Below, one piece after another: positions 43,362-57,826 of a stretch of DNA of 64,000 nt; within the stretch, counting starts at the first letter, position 1, and each line of letters opens with the position of its first letter. The notes below the pieces were generated by a model, which saw nothing but the letters and a program-made list of their open reading frames with translations, was not told the DNA's origin and did not search any database. Origin of the DNA: the human T2T-CHM13v2.0 reference genome, Homo sapiens; the NCBI RefSeq assembly GCF_009914755.1, contig NC_060927.1. The stretch is one strand, 5' to 3'. The translations under genes and the position numbers were made by a program.

Positions 43362-44419
43362 AGGAACCACCATTTTGATTGGCATGGTACCAGGTACACA
43401 GAATTTAGCCAATAAACTATTTGATGTGTGAAAGAATGAATAAATTTTGGCATTAAAAGGCAGGCTTCGGTATGTCAGAGCAAGAGGTAATTGGATGAGG
43501 ACCAGAGGATGGAGCCCAGAGCAGGAAATGAAGCTCAGAGAAGAGGTAGATGTTCAACGTACTGTGTCTCCTCCTCCAGTTTTGAGTAGGTCACTGAAAA
43601 CACTTGGCATGGCAGTGAAAATCACTCAAAAGACCCCCGTGGAAATAGACAGACTTGTGTGGAAATTTGCAGATCTTGGCTGCTTCTAATTCATTTGTCT
43701 TTCTAACCTATTAGAATCCAATTCAGTCTCTTTGGCTCTATCCAGGATAATGCAAAACTGAATTGTACACATAAGCTTCCTGCCTTCTGCTCCTTCTCTT
43801 CATAACCAATATGTTGCTAAACAACAATTTCTAATTGCCCCTTCCCAGGACACCTTTTGAGAGCATCTCTCTTTGTACCCCCTGAAATACATAATACTAA
43901 TTTTCTTTGACATGCTATATATTTTGAGGATCCATGCATCCCTAACAAGTGCCCAGTCTTACGATGGTGCAGCCCCTCATCCAGTGTTCTATCATTTAAT
44001 TCATGATGCTGTTTATCTTGGCTGCAAGAGAGTGAATTATTGGCATATTCAGACAGTCTCATACCACCTCTCGTCCTCTCCATTATCATAAAAGTTAAAA
44101 TTATTTATTTATGAACCAAATAACTTGTCTGAATATTTTAACAATGCACGAGCACTTATGGAGGTTTTTATTTCAATTTGGGTAGAGATACAAAGTCAAA
44201 TATGATTTCAGTACAAGTTGTGATGGTTTTTCTCAATATCTTATATGGGGTTCCATTTTTGCCTTGTACAATTAATACAAGAAGCATAATGAACTCAGCA
44301 ATCCCCTTGAGAAATAACAAATAGGTATAAGCAATAATTTATCTGTGGAATGCAGGGCCTTGATACATAACTTCCATATCTACTCCAAAAGAAAAAGAAA
44401 AGAAAAAAAATTCCTAGCT

Positions 44420-45085
44420 AAGAGCCATGAAGAAAGAGTCCAAACACTCTCACACATTGTTGTTGGAAAGGTAGACTATACAACATACTTGGATTGCAAT
44501 CTGGCAATATGCTTTGAATGTTCACAATTTTAAAACATATATTTCCTGACCCATTATTTCAAAGACTGTATCCTGATCCTGATGAAATAATAAAAGATGT
44601 GCCTAAAGATATATCATGTGTGGATGCTCATTTACAGTGTTACTTCCCATAAAGAGAAATAGGGAGAAACAAATAAGAAACCTTTCTAATATATTTTGTT
44701 ATCTATAAAATGGATTGCTATGCAGTCATTAAAAATAATGTTCCTAAAAATTAGTTTATAGGAAAATGTATAAAAATGTACATGACATAAAGTTAAGTGG
44801 AACAGCAAGATATAAAACAGTCTATGCAGCCTATTTCCAATATATTTATAATAAGTATTTCCATATATATTTCTACGTTGGCATATTATTCTACACAGAA
44901 AATGATCAGTACATATTTTTGAGTGTATAAGCAGGGTGTGTGTGTTTACAAAGACAAAGATGAAATACCCCAAAATATTAATAGTGGTTATGGCTAGATA
45001 GTGAAGTTATGGGGGATATTTATTCTTTGCCTTATGTTATCCTACATTTTCTAAATAGTCTCAATGCAAATGTTGTTTTTATAAC
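44420..45085 (+). mobile_element. L1ME-type 3' fragment
   Basis: cactctcacacattgttgttggaa...caatctggcaata...aaaatattaatagtggtta. Confidence 0.65.
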
Positions 45086-45344
45086 TTATTACTGATTTGT
45101 GAGCTAAACAGACCCATTGACATTTTCCCTGGAATATTCTAGTGACACAATCACTCTCCTGTTAGATAGTCCCACCCCTCATGCCCCCTCATTTGGTCTC
45201 TTCCAAGATCCAGGACTTTAGAGCCAGAAACATTTGGATTCAAATCCCAGCTCTTTACTTTCTAGCTCTATGACCATGGGTAAGGTCATTCTCTCTGGGT
45301 GTTCTGGACCTTTGGGATAGAGTTGTTGGGAGAGTTAAATGAGG

Positions 45345-45930
45345 AGTGTTGCATTCCTATCCGATAGTTATTTCTCCCTCCCCTTCCTTTCTAATAGGAT
45401 CTGACTTTGTGATTTTATTCAGGTATTGACTGCCCACAACCTATACCCAGGGACAAGAGGCTGGGGCCTACTCAGACCTAAGGCTTGAAGCTTAACTAGA
45501 CTAGGACAAGCATGGTAACTTCATTCCCCTTGCAAGGGATCACTTCAGGGTATGGTTTGAAATTCTGGCCAATCACCAAGTGGGACAATTGTTGGAGGCC
45601 AGGGTCGTTCTGAAAAAGTTTTCTTCACATTTAAGAAAACAAAGGACACCCAGAAGGATGAGTATTCATTGCCGTTTCTGGCCTTCAGACACTGAGGATT
45701 TCTGGATGCACTATAGCCAAACTTGGACCATTAGAGGACAAGCCTGCAAAGAAAAGTAACACCTGAAAGAGGGGAGAAATAAAAGACAGAAAAAAACCTT
45801 GATACTTGATAATGTTGTTGCTGAATTCTGGCATGGCCCTATTTTTTTTATTTATATTTAAAATTTTTGTTTAAATCAGTTGAACTAGGATTTCTATTAC
45901 TTTTATCTGAAAGGATCGTAAGTGATACAA
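45345..45930 (+). mobile_element. Old ERVL LTR (LTR33-like), preceded by a MIR at ~45210-45345
   Basis: ctccccttcctttctaatagga...ttctggccaatc...tttctattactttttatctgaaag...tgataca. Confidence 0.5.
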
Positions 45931-47558
45931 AAAGCAAAAGTGCCAAGCTCATGACAGAGAGCAGAGTTCAACAAATAAAAAATAAAAAAAAGTCTTTTCT
46001 TTCTCTCACCTTCCAAATACATATTTAGTATACACAGTATATACTTGTTTATGGCTTGTAAATGTAGTTAATAGAGAAAGTAACAAGAAAGAAAGGGGTA
46101 AATGCACCTTTTCCTCCTCTTAAAACATGCACAACAGGACCCAATTTCTCTAATTTTTTTATAAAGGCCCCCAAAAACTATGGACAAAGACAAAGTTTTC
46201 CAAGGAAAGACATGTGCTGTAATGGATTATATCTTGCTAAAAATTCGAGGCCTTCTAAAAAAAACAAAATCTTGAACAACAAAGACCTCTTCCAATCCCT
46301 CCTCCCTGTAGGTCTTGAACAACTAGCCAGAGGCCCTGCTTTTGTAAGAGGTTCCCTAGATAGATCAGGATGGATGGAGTGTATGCTGTTAGATCAAAAG
46401 AAATCATTTGCTACTTGTATGCATGGACTACCTTAACTGTGAGTCTTAATCAAGTAATGGAGACTGACAGGCTTCTTGGCCTATAGGGGCCCTATAGTAA
46501 TAAAGTGTGCACTTTTCTAAAAATGGTATTCATAAGAGTCAAGTGACTGGACAATTACTTTGTTTGATTCCACATCCCAGGCTGAACAACCTCCTCTTCC
46601 CATATTCTTCTGCGTCTGATCCTGATGGAGAAGAATAAGCCAGCCTGAGCTATGCTTAGATATTTTAAATTTTAGTGAAAAATAAAATATATGTTTTAAA
46701 GCCTGGAATATTATTTGTGATTTGGGTCTAAGGTCTAAAAAATATGGACAAGTGGGAATTCAAAAATCACCCTACCAGCACTGCAAAGAATTCGTGAGTA
46801 TTCAAGCTTTAGGAGTTGGGTTTGTGCATTTTCCTTTTATAACTATTGCTAGCCATCCCAGAATGTTGCACTCAGTAAGAAGGGCTAACAGTGTCCTGCT
46901 GGCCCTATTCCTATGTGTCATCTTGCGGCATTTCCAGTTAATGGCATGACTGTAATGACTAGCAATTTAAATAATAGAGGCTGAAGCAGAGGCAGCTATA
47001 AGGACACAATGCAGAAATTGCCACAGTTTATCAACATCACTGGCACCCAGCTCTTCATTACCTCCTTGAATAGGGTCAAAGTAGTTAAAATGATGCTGTA
47101 AATACAGACTAAAACAAAGCAGCGGTTTATTCTTGATTTGGCATTGGGTATTTATAACAAACAAGTTGCATTTCCCAGGCATGGGTTATTAGACACGAGA
47201 ATGTAATTGATATTAACCAACTTTCAGGCTCCAGTAACTTTTTCCACTGCATGTCAGTTTAATTTTTTTTAAAGCATAAGCAGCACATGCCAAATGGAAA
47301 ACAAGAGGAAGAACACAAAAAACCCCTTAAGCCTTCAGTACTAAGTGAAAAACAACTAACCCATTTATCTTATAGAATCCTTCAGAGTTTTGCTATAAAC
47401 TCACTCGGAAGAGAATATCACAGTCTTCTCTTTTTGAGAGGGTATTCGAGTGATTTTTAGAAATGAGACATCTCTAACTGTAATCTTGTTTTTTGTTCAG
47501 AACTAAAAGAGTATGCAAGAATATCTAAAAATACAAATTGTGCACCTACTGCATTACG

Positions 47559-48080
47559 GCAGAGGTTGAACACTGGTGACCCATGAGCCAAATCTGACCC
47601 ATTGCTCTGTTTCATTTGGACCATACAGTAATGGTTGACTTTGTGTTTTAACATTTTAAAATTATTTTCAACATTTGTAAATCGAGAGATTTCACAGAAA
47701 ATGCTGGAAGCTCTGACCCTACCGGCACCACACTCCTACAAGATAACAAATGGCTGGGGCTGAGTTGAGGCTGCTCTTATCCTTTGCCTCAATTGTATCA
47801 CTCCTACAGTCTCCTTGTCTCTGAGGCCTAATGTCAATTACCTCTCTTCTTCTTAATAGTATTGTTATTTTTCCTAAGTAATGATCAAAGACAAATATTC
47901 ATTTTGGTGAGCCTTGATCATAAATGGGGAAAATAAAGATGGGTTAAGAGGACTGAGTGTTTTAGAAAATGAAAAGGCTGTAATTCCTTATAGAAGTAAA
48001 TAATTTCTTACTTAACCCCCTTTACCCCATAACAGAATCCTCCCAGCTGGCATCCAAGAGCATTGAGTGTGTGAACCTTT
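47559..48080. mobile_element. MER102-type hAT-Charlie fossil
   Basis: cagaggttgaacactggtgacccatgagccaaatct...gagagatttcac...ggctggggctgagttgaggctgc. Confidence 0.6.
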
Positions 48081-48899
48081 GTGAAAAGCATCAAGTTAAA
48101 CGTTCTGTGTAAAGGATACCAGACACATGGAAAAGCCAAGCTAGGTTCAGTCTCAGACAAAAGCTGTCAAGCTGAGAAAGGGAAAAGAAAGCACTGCACT
48201 TGTAAGAAAAACAACAAATGGCAAGCACGGAATTGACGGCTAGAAAGAACAAAGCAGGTTTCAATGTTCTACCAAAAAATGTCTTAGCCCCTGGCTAAAC
48301 TCCTTTTGGGAAAAATAGGCACAACAGGAAGATGCCTTCACTTCCCAAAGTCATCCAGACATTCTCAGTGGGAGCTTCTGCATCAACCTTGTGTCGCATC
48401 TGGAGCTGCAGACCCTCACTGCCCATTGGTTTAACAATCTCTCTCCTCCTGCAAGAAGAGGGTGGTGGCAGGGGGGAGTACTATAAGGGATGTTTGTTTT
48501 ATTAAAAAGAATAAACATACATGCACATACACACCTACCCAGAAAATACTATTTCATGGCATCTACACTTATAGGGAATTCACTCAGAAACAGCTTTTTA
48601 GTAACACAAAGAATTAAAATCATTAGCACCCAACAAGTCAGAAATGATGGAAGATTAGGAAGACCATTGCATAGAAACAAAATTAAAAAAAGATAAAACC
48701 CTTTATAGAACCAGAAAAGGTGAGGAGAACACAAACAATCCTTTTCACTGAGATTGAGAACCCAGAAAAACCTTTTGATATAACTAGGGAAAGTTAAGTA
48801 GAGTCAGGAAAGGAATAAGTGTGTATTAATTTCCCACTGTGTAGAAAGCACTCCATGTACATTTTAATACATTTTGATAATAAATAATAAATAATACTT

Positions 48900-51080
48900 T
48901 ATATTTTTGTTCATTTATCCATTAAATAAGTATTCGTTCACTGCCTTCTATGTGTCAGACATCTCTAGGGATATAAACATTTAAAGACATGGTTTTCCTA
49001 TTACCAAGTTTTGAGTCTAACAAGGAACTAGACAAACACTCTAATGAAAATAATAATGATTATAAATACAAACAGCAATAATACAATAGCTTAATAACAG
49101 CTGTCCTTTACTGAGTGCTTCCAATGTGGTAAGAATTGTGTTGAGCACTTTACATTATTATTCGTTTAATCCCTCATAAGTGCCCTATGACCAAGTTACT
49201 AATATCTTCATTTTACAGAGAAGGGAAGTAAGCTATAGACTAAATGATTACCTAAGGTTATAAAGGTAGCAGATGAAAGATCTGAGATTTAAACACTACC
49301 TGTTCTCTGCACACCAGGCCAACAGATAATCTGCGATATCAACCCCTACCAGCTATGATGGAGGCATGCCAAAAACAAGCGATGCAGAGGGGAGACCCTT
49401 AAACCCTTTTGAATTTGCAAAGCACTTCCCCATAGAGAAAATAAGCCTCCAGAATTCATCAGCCCCAAGAGGTGGTACTGGTAGAAAATATAATAGTCTT
49501 TCATAATAGCTTAGGTCAGGGTGTGAAAGACAGAGCTATAAGGGCTGGTAAAAGAACGAAAGCTTTCCAATCCAGAGACAAAAGGAAAAGTGAGATCCAT
49601 CCATGACATGTCTCTTGAGGACTCTTTTAGGACCAAGATGGTGAATGCTGAACGGACCATGCATGCCTCAGTCTGTCAAATTGTATGTTTCTAAGGACAA
49701 ATAGGCTACAAAACTTTCACCCTATTTTTATATGGGAAGTCTGTTGAAAAGAATACAATACATAAAAGATGAATTACTTATTGAGTCTTTAATATGTCTC
49801 TAGCACAGAAATAAACATCTTGTGTATGTTGTTTCTAATTTCCACAATACCATGAGCTAGAAATATACAGAATAGAAGAACAGTGGGATCAGAGAGGTTA
49901 AGTGATTTATCCAAGACCACACAGGTGTTAAGAGGTAGAGGAATGGTTTGAACTTGCAACAATGTGACTCCAAAATCAATACATTTTCCTTACACTGAAA
50001 TACAAAGTATCAGGCCAAATCTCTCTGCAAATATTCATCCTGTTTCTTTTGGTTCTTCATTCATTTAATTAAAAACAAGTTTATTATGCACATACAAGGA
50101 ACATAGTATTCATCCTTGTGCATCTGACAAGTAAGTCAAGGAGACAGGTGTGTAAATACCTAACCAAACTTACAGGCAGGATGAATGAGGCTAAATGTGT
50201 TTATTATTTAAATAAACTCCATGAAGTCAGATACTTCAGTTTGTTGATCATTGCCACATACCTGAAACACAATCTTGAACCAACAAACATTTGTTTGATG
50301 GAAGGATAAATGAAGAAAATCCCACTTAAGGAAGTACAAACTTAAGGTAGAATTAATTCTGCCTAAGATAAATCAACGAAAGCCCCCAAGTGCAGTGTCA
50401 TTGAATTGGACTTGGAAGAATGTATGAGGTATATACTAGTGAGAAATGAAGTGACAGGAGCTATGGCTCAGGGTAAACACAGGAATGGAAGCATAGAAGC
50501 CCACAAAATATTTGGGTAATAGAGTTCAAGCATACTTAGAGCACAGGAAAGGCGAGAAATTAGAGTGAGAACTAAAGTCAAAAAGGTAATTTGGCACCAC
50601 TTTGCACAAAGCCTTCAAGTCAATTATTAAAAAAAACAAACAAACAAACAAACAAACAAAAACAGCCATGCCAGTAGAATGCAGTAATCTGACAGCTTTT
50701 AGCAAAGTGGGAATGTATCACCCCTACTTCCTCCCCACTGATCTTAGAAGAATCCTAAGTGTTTACACCTAGTTTGTAAGATCCCAAGAAACTCTCCAGT
50801 GGTCTAATTCCCACCACTCAGCTAAGAACTCTCAGCTCAAAAGATACTGGCATCTGGAAAGCCTTTTTCAAAGTCCCTAAGTCTGAGTTCCTTACATCCC
50901 ACACTTCACCCATCTCATAGTGTGTTTTTCTTATCTCTCTCCACCATCACTGGCTTCCATGTGAGCAGGCACTATCTTTGTTGATTCCTAGCATGTTGCA
51001 AACAGCCCGGCACATAGCAACTACTCAATAAATATCCTGGAAATAATTATTACATTAGTGAATTGAATGATTGATGCACT
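48900..51080. mobile_element. Cluster of MIR and L2 fragments (MIR ~49080-49300 and ~49770-50000; L2 ~48900-49060, ~50050-50620, ~50850-51080)
   Basis: MIR reverse cores (cattttacagagaagggaa; cagagaggttaagtgatttatccaagaccacac) and L2 tail motifs. Confidence 0.6.
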
Positions 51081-54000
51081 GACTGACTGTTGAAGAAATA
51101 GAGTCAAGGAGAGCCATAGGAGGCTGCCACAATAGCCCACGGAAAACACCTCTTTATAAAGGTCCAGATGTATTTCTTTAAGTAGGCACTTTGCTAACTG
51201 GGGAGAGCGGTGGTTAGTTAAAGCAGACAGCAAAGCAGAAAAAGGCAGGGCCAGCGGGCAGTTGCTGGGGAGACCACAATTCCATGGGACTATAGCCATT
51301 AGCATGCAACACTGGGTAATCTGATTTTCATGACAGACAGATTTATTATGACTTCTAAATATGTAAATCCCAGGTTATGCTTTCCAGCTAACCTAACAAC
51401 TTGATATATGTGTCTGACATCCCGTCTTAAAATCAGATTCCAGCTTCTAATTAATTTTTATTCACCCATCGCTCTAACAAGAGAGGCAGGAAGTCTCAGG
51501 GGGATAAACAATAGACAGGGTATTAGTCGTTCCTACTCTGTGGCACATTTTCCACTGAGTCTCTGGAGTTTTCTTTTTCTTTGCTACCAAAAAAGGGGGG
51601 CCTTACCCATTCTCTCTGTGGCTTCTAGGAAGAACGAGTGGAAAACATTACACAGGCACCCGATAGTCATTATTTCTATTAAGCAACCAATGCTTCATCC
51701 ATCACTTCCACCTCCCCATTCCCTGCTTTCATCTACCCATGCAGAAATTGGAATGACATCATGGTCTAGTCAGTTTAAAGACTGATCATTGCTTATGTAT
51801 TACTATACATCTTGCTTTCTCCAATAATATTATCAGCAAATAGTTCTTGAAGCTGAATTGCAAGTGCCACAATGACCTGACTTTAAACCAATAATAGTGA
51901 TCATAAAGGCTAAAAGTACCACCTACAGCTTTTTATATAATCTGAACAATATTAATAATTCACTCACATTCAGATACTTTATTAACAATGAAAAGTGATA
52001 CAGCTGTACCCAGGAAAAGTTTTGTAATCCACTGATTTCTTTAATGAGCATTCTATGAATCTGTGTTTTTTAAATATAATTTTCATATATGAATACAATT
52101 TAAAGAACATTTTCTTCTATGTCCTTTTTCCAAAACATGAAAGTCAATATGGGTACCACAGACCAGGTTAGAAAAAAAAAGATGGTCACATTCAACTTTT
52201 TAAGTTTTTTAATATTTAGTTCTCACTATGTGCTAGAGATTGTTCTCAAAATGTTAAATGCATTAAATCCTCCTCAAAACTCTATCAGGTATCATAATTT
52301 ATCCTTGTGACATGTTTAAAAAGTTGTTTGCAGTCACAAAAGCTAGCAAGTTGTACAACTGAGATTTCAATTGAGGCTGATGGCTGAGGCTTTACCACCT
52401 TGGTCTTAATATACTGCCTGGAGATTTAATTACTAAATAACTAATAGTATAAGTAGCCAGTTGTGTTTGCCAAACCCATAAAGCCAAACTACACAATCAT
52501 CTTCACTTTGAGGACACTATAGTGTTTCTGGCTTTTTGCAAGCAGATTTAAAAAATTTGGATACCAGTCTGTTTACCTGCCATAATATGGAATATAAACT
52601 AGGAGGAGAAACACATTCAGCAAAGAACTTTGTTTGATGGACTTCACGAATCAAAAAAAATGTCATTTTTCTGTTCATAATAAATAAATAGTAAAAATAG
52701 GATAATACCAAAAAATATGCAAAATCTTCTCCTCCCTATTTATTACAAGTATATACTTTCTAAATCTCTAGTGTCTATGTAATTTATTTGATGGTATGAA
52801 AGATGTATTTCACATGTACATGCACAGGCACACATGCGTGTGCACACACACACATACACATGCAACCTATGTATACCAGAATTACTCTGTGCTCAATTTA
52901 TCTTCAGTTAAGCACTGAAAACAAAATAGAACCAAAAAAATGGATTCATAAAGTGACAAAAAGAAGTTCATTCACTTGCCCTTCAGGTACATACCATACT
53001 CATATGAACAAACTTATATATTCTCCCTACAAAATCACACTTAAATATGTGATTTAAAGTATTTTTTGCTAAGTATTTTTATTTCTTTCCCCAAAATTAT
53101 TTGTGAAAATGGAACATGTCCTATATATCAATAAATGTCATTTAAAATAAATAAATTTTTAAATTAAAATTATCATCAAACTCTTAAAGTATTTCATTTT
53201 TTAAAAATAAATTTACACTGGAATAGAAGTCAAACAAACATTTAAAAGCACACAGAAAGCATTCATATTACAACTAATCTAAATGGCTGATTTGGTAAGT
53301 TTTAGAGCCTTTTAATAAAACCACATTTTTACTCAAGTACTATTTAGTTAGAGCTTTATCAAAATACTTAATTACAAAATAAGATCTAAGATGTTCAGGT
53401 AAAACTATGCACAATATAATCAAATCCTTAGCATGAAGCCATTCAAGTTGTCATTTAGAGATCTGTTTTCTGAGCCTACTCCAGTTTTAAAATAGTTTCC
53501 TCAGTAACATCAAATCTGCCCTTCCTCCCCTTTGCCCTCAGAATTATTAGAGCATAATGTAATTCTTTTACCAGCCTTAGGAAAACACTATTGGAATGCA
53601 TGAGCCAAAATGCAGAGATGAAACGGAACTGAAAAAAAAAGTTTTTTAAAAATGGAAAATCAATTACTATTTTTAATAAGTAGAAATAGCTTTTGTGCTA
53701 AGAAAAGAAAAATTGCCCAGAGACAAAATAGATGTTCGATATTATAGTGCACTAATGAGTACATTTACATGTAATTTTCTGAAATTTATGTCCAAGACTA
53801 ACTGCAAATAGAATTTAGTATCAATAGGAGTTTACAAAACCCATTCATTTTTCCTCTAATCATATTGAATATTTAAGGTGCTTGATTAGACTCAATTATT
53901 TTTCTTTCGGTGCCAAAAAAGAGCCCTGACAGCTTTGAAAGAGATGGATTAGTGGGGCATTTCCCACCAATGGGGAAACATTCCTGGCTCCCACAGCAGG

Positions 54001-54749
54001 AAAAAAAAAAACAATGAGAAAGTTCATGCCAATTCACATGCATGCCACTGAATGAAATCTGCAGAGAACTCAGAGAAGGTCAGCTTGTCAAAGGATCACG
54101 GCAAAAAGCGGAAGAGGCAGATACCCAAACTTAGTAGGACTTTGTGGCCTCCCAGCTCACAAGCCTGCTTCTTCATTTCAAGGCGGCCTGGAGAGAAGCA
54201 TCTGACAAAGATCTATCTCCCACTGCCCAGAAAAGATTAAAAGAATATGGGCCCTAGCAAATCTCCTAGTACTTGGAATTGAGAAATAGAAAGGGAAATG
54301 TAGCTAATTTGCAGTAGCCCTGCTTCCTTGTTCAGATTTCCCGAAGCATAATAAAATAGAGAGGCTGTGTCTCCAGGGTTCCACTTCCAGCTGTGCCCCA
54401 CAACTTGGAAAAAACAAGAAGGGACATGTTACCTACTCACACCAACCTGCCTCTCCTGCTGCCCCTCCTGCTGCCATTCTTCCAATTCATTCTAAGGGAG
54501 GTTGTCAGCCCTCTCTGAAATGCTTTAAAAAGAAGCTATATTCCTAACTGGTCAAGGAGATTTAGGTGAATTCCTGGCTGAAAGCAGAATGAGGAAAAAA
54601 CTGTTCCCTCAAAGTGCCCAATCTTTGATGCATTATGTTCTACTGTCTGCTAAAACCATCATCGTAGCCTTTTAATTAAATTTTCAAATTCTGGTTTGAT
54701 GGTCCATGTTAAACTCAATTTGGTCAATTCAGGGCACCATCCACCCAGA

Positions 54750-55073
54750 TATTCCTCCCTCTGAGACTTCTGGTAGAATCCTTCCTTGCCTCTTCCTAAT
54801 TTCCAGTCTCTGCCTCTGTCATCATGTGACGTTCTCCCCTCATCTGTCTGTATCACTGTGTCTTTTCTCCTCTTCTATGAGGACACCATTCACATTGCAT
54901 TAAGGTTCCATCTTAACTCCAGTATGACCTCATCTTAACTAATTACATCTGTAATGACAGTATTTCCAAATAAGGTCACATTCTGAGGCAATGAGAGTTC
55001 AAACTTCAAATATCTTTTTGGGGGCACACAAGTAAACCTATTCTGTGCAGGGCACACAATTCGACCTACTAAC
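54750..55073 (-). mobile_element. MLT1A/B/C-type MaLR LTR, partial
   Basis: agaatccttccttgcctcttcct...tatgacctcatcttaactaattacatctg...tttccaaataaggtcacattctgagg. Confidence 0.8.
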
Positions 55074-56042
55074 ACTCCCATATTAAATCAATCACCAAGT
55101 CGTGAGCAGACACCTAATACCTCTCAAATCTGTCAACTTCTTTCTATACCCACCACTACCCTGAATCCCATACAATTGTCTCACCTGGGTAATTGTAACA
55201 GCTTCCTTTAGGAAGCTCCCCTCATTTTTGCATTGCTCCAATAGATTCTCCAAAAAAAAAAAGTGCTTATTGAAATGTAACTGATATAGAGAAAAGTGCA
55301 TAAATCAGAATGAATTTTTACAGGGCACACATACCCACTTAAACACTACCCAAATCAAGAAATATAATATTATCATCATCCTAGAAGCACATTTCATATC
55401 CCTTCCCAATTAATTTCCTCCTGCTCCAGCCCAAAGGAAACCATTATCCTGACCTCTAACAACATTGATTAGTTTTACATGGTTTGGGATTTTATATGAA
55501 TGGTAACATTCAGCACATGCTTTTGTATCTGTCTTCTGCTGTTAGAATGATCCTTGCTGTTGCAACTAGAAGTAATTGATTCATTTTCTTTACTTTATAA
55601 ATATTTCATTATGTGAATATACCCTTTTACTTATTCATTCTAATGTTGATGACCATTCAGATTGAGTTCCATTTGGAAAAGCTATTAAAAATAATGGAGC
55701 TACGAACATTCTCACATTTTTAGCGTATATCTAGTAGAAGTGAAAGGTCACAGGGCCTACAATTGTTTTTCACTAAATATTGCCAGTTTTCTAAAGTAAT
55801 TATATTAATTTTCAATCCCACACCACTGTATGATAGTTCCAGTTGCTTCATACCCTTGCCAACACTTAGTATTATCAATCTTCTTTCATTTTAGTCATTC
55901 AGATGAGTGTCCAATGGTAGCTCATTGTCTCTAATAACTAATTATGATAAGAGCTTTGTAATATGCTGTGTAGCCATGTGACTATCCTCTTTTGTAAAGG
56001 GCTTGTTCAAATTCATTGCCCTTTTTTCCAATGGGCTATTTT

Positions 56043-56132
56043 TCTCCCATCCAAGTACTAATCAGGCCCATCCCTACTTAGCTCCCAAGATCAGACAAGA
56101 TTGGATGCATTCAGGGTGGTATGGCCGTAGAC
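56043..56132 (-). pseudogene. 5S rRNA retropseudogene (RNA5SP-type), nt 1-90 only, no poly(A) tail
   Basis: Reverse complement reads GTCTACGGCCATACCACCCTGAATGCATCCAATCTTGTCTGATCTTGGGAGCTAAGTAGGGATGGGCCTGATTAGTACTTGGATGGGAGA, matching 5S rRNA mainly with CpG-type transitions. Confidence 0.95.
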
Positions 56133-56329
56133 TACCTCTTTTTCTTACTGATGTGTAGATGATATTTATATGATCTGAATACTAGTCCTTTGCCAGAGAT
56201 ATTGTAATTATCATCTCCCATTCTGTGGCTTGCCTTTTCTCTCAGCTAGTGATGTCTTTAGTTCATAAACTTTCCATTTTGATGTACTCTAATATATTTA
56301 TCTTTTCATTTTTTGCTATTGTTTTAAAA

Positions 56330-57112
<783 letters not shown>

Positions 57113-57826
57113 ATGAAATGATGCTTGGATAGTGTTTTTTCATGTCCTGTTTAAGAAATATTTGGCTATCCCAAAATCATGAAGACATTCTATGATGTTA
57201 TATTCTAGATGCTTTATTGATTTAGCTCTCACACTCAGATCAGCAATCCAACTGGAATTTATTTCTGTTTATGATGTGAGGTTCATTTTTCCCTGCCCTG
57301 ATACCCAACTGATTCAGCACTATTTAATGAAAAGATCGCCCTTTCTTCATTGCTCCACAGTGTCATCTTTCTCAAAATTCAAGTGTCCCTACATGAGTGG
57401 CTCTATTTCTGTACACTCCATTCTGTTCCATTAATCTATTGCTATTTGCTTATCCTTGTGCAATACCACATTATAGTAATTATTGTAGATTTATAATGAA
57501 TTTATGAAGAGCTGATAGATAGTATATGTCCTCCAACTTTGTTCTGATTCCCCTTCAGAATTATCTTGCCTATTCTTTGCCTTTTGCATAATGGTGTTTT
57601 GATTAGAATTGCATGAAATTTAGAGATCAATTTGGAGAGAATAGACCTCTTGACCCTATTGAGTCACCAATTCATGGATATATTGTGTCCTTTCATATAT
57701 TAGGTCATCTTTAATTTCTTTCAGTAATATTCTGTACCTTTCTCTGTAGAGGTCTAATACATCTTTTGTTAGATATATTCCTATGTTTTTAATATTTCAA
57801 GCTATTTTAAGTGGTAACTTTTTAAA

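Noticed and set aside
51408-51785. 125-aa plus-strand ORF, and similar ORFs at 5311, 27854, 33465, 35496 and 40622
   Set aside because: No homology I recognise; several overlap L2, LTR or MER6A repeats
52811-52864. Alternating purine-pyrimidine tract (Z-DNA candidate)
   Set aside because: Degenerate (CA/TG)n simple repeat, common genome-wide
56043-56132. Functional 5S rRNA gene
   Set aside because: 3'-truncated, diverged, solitary and embedded in an L1
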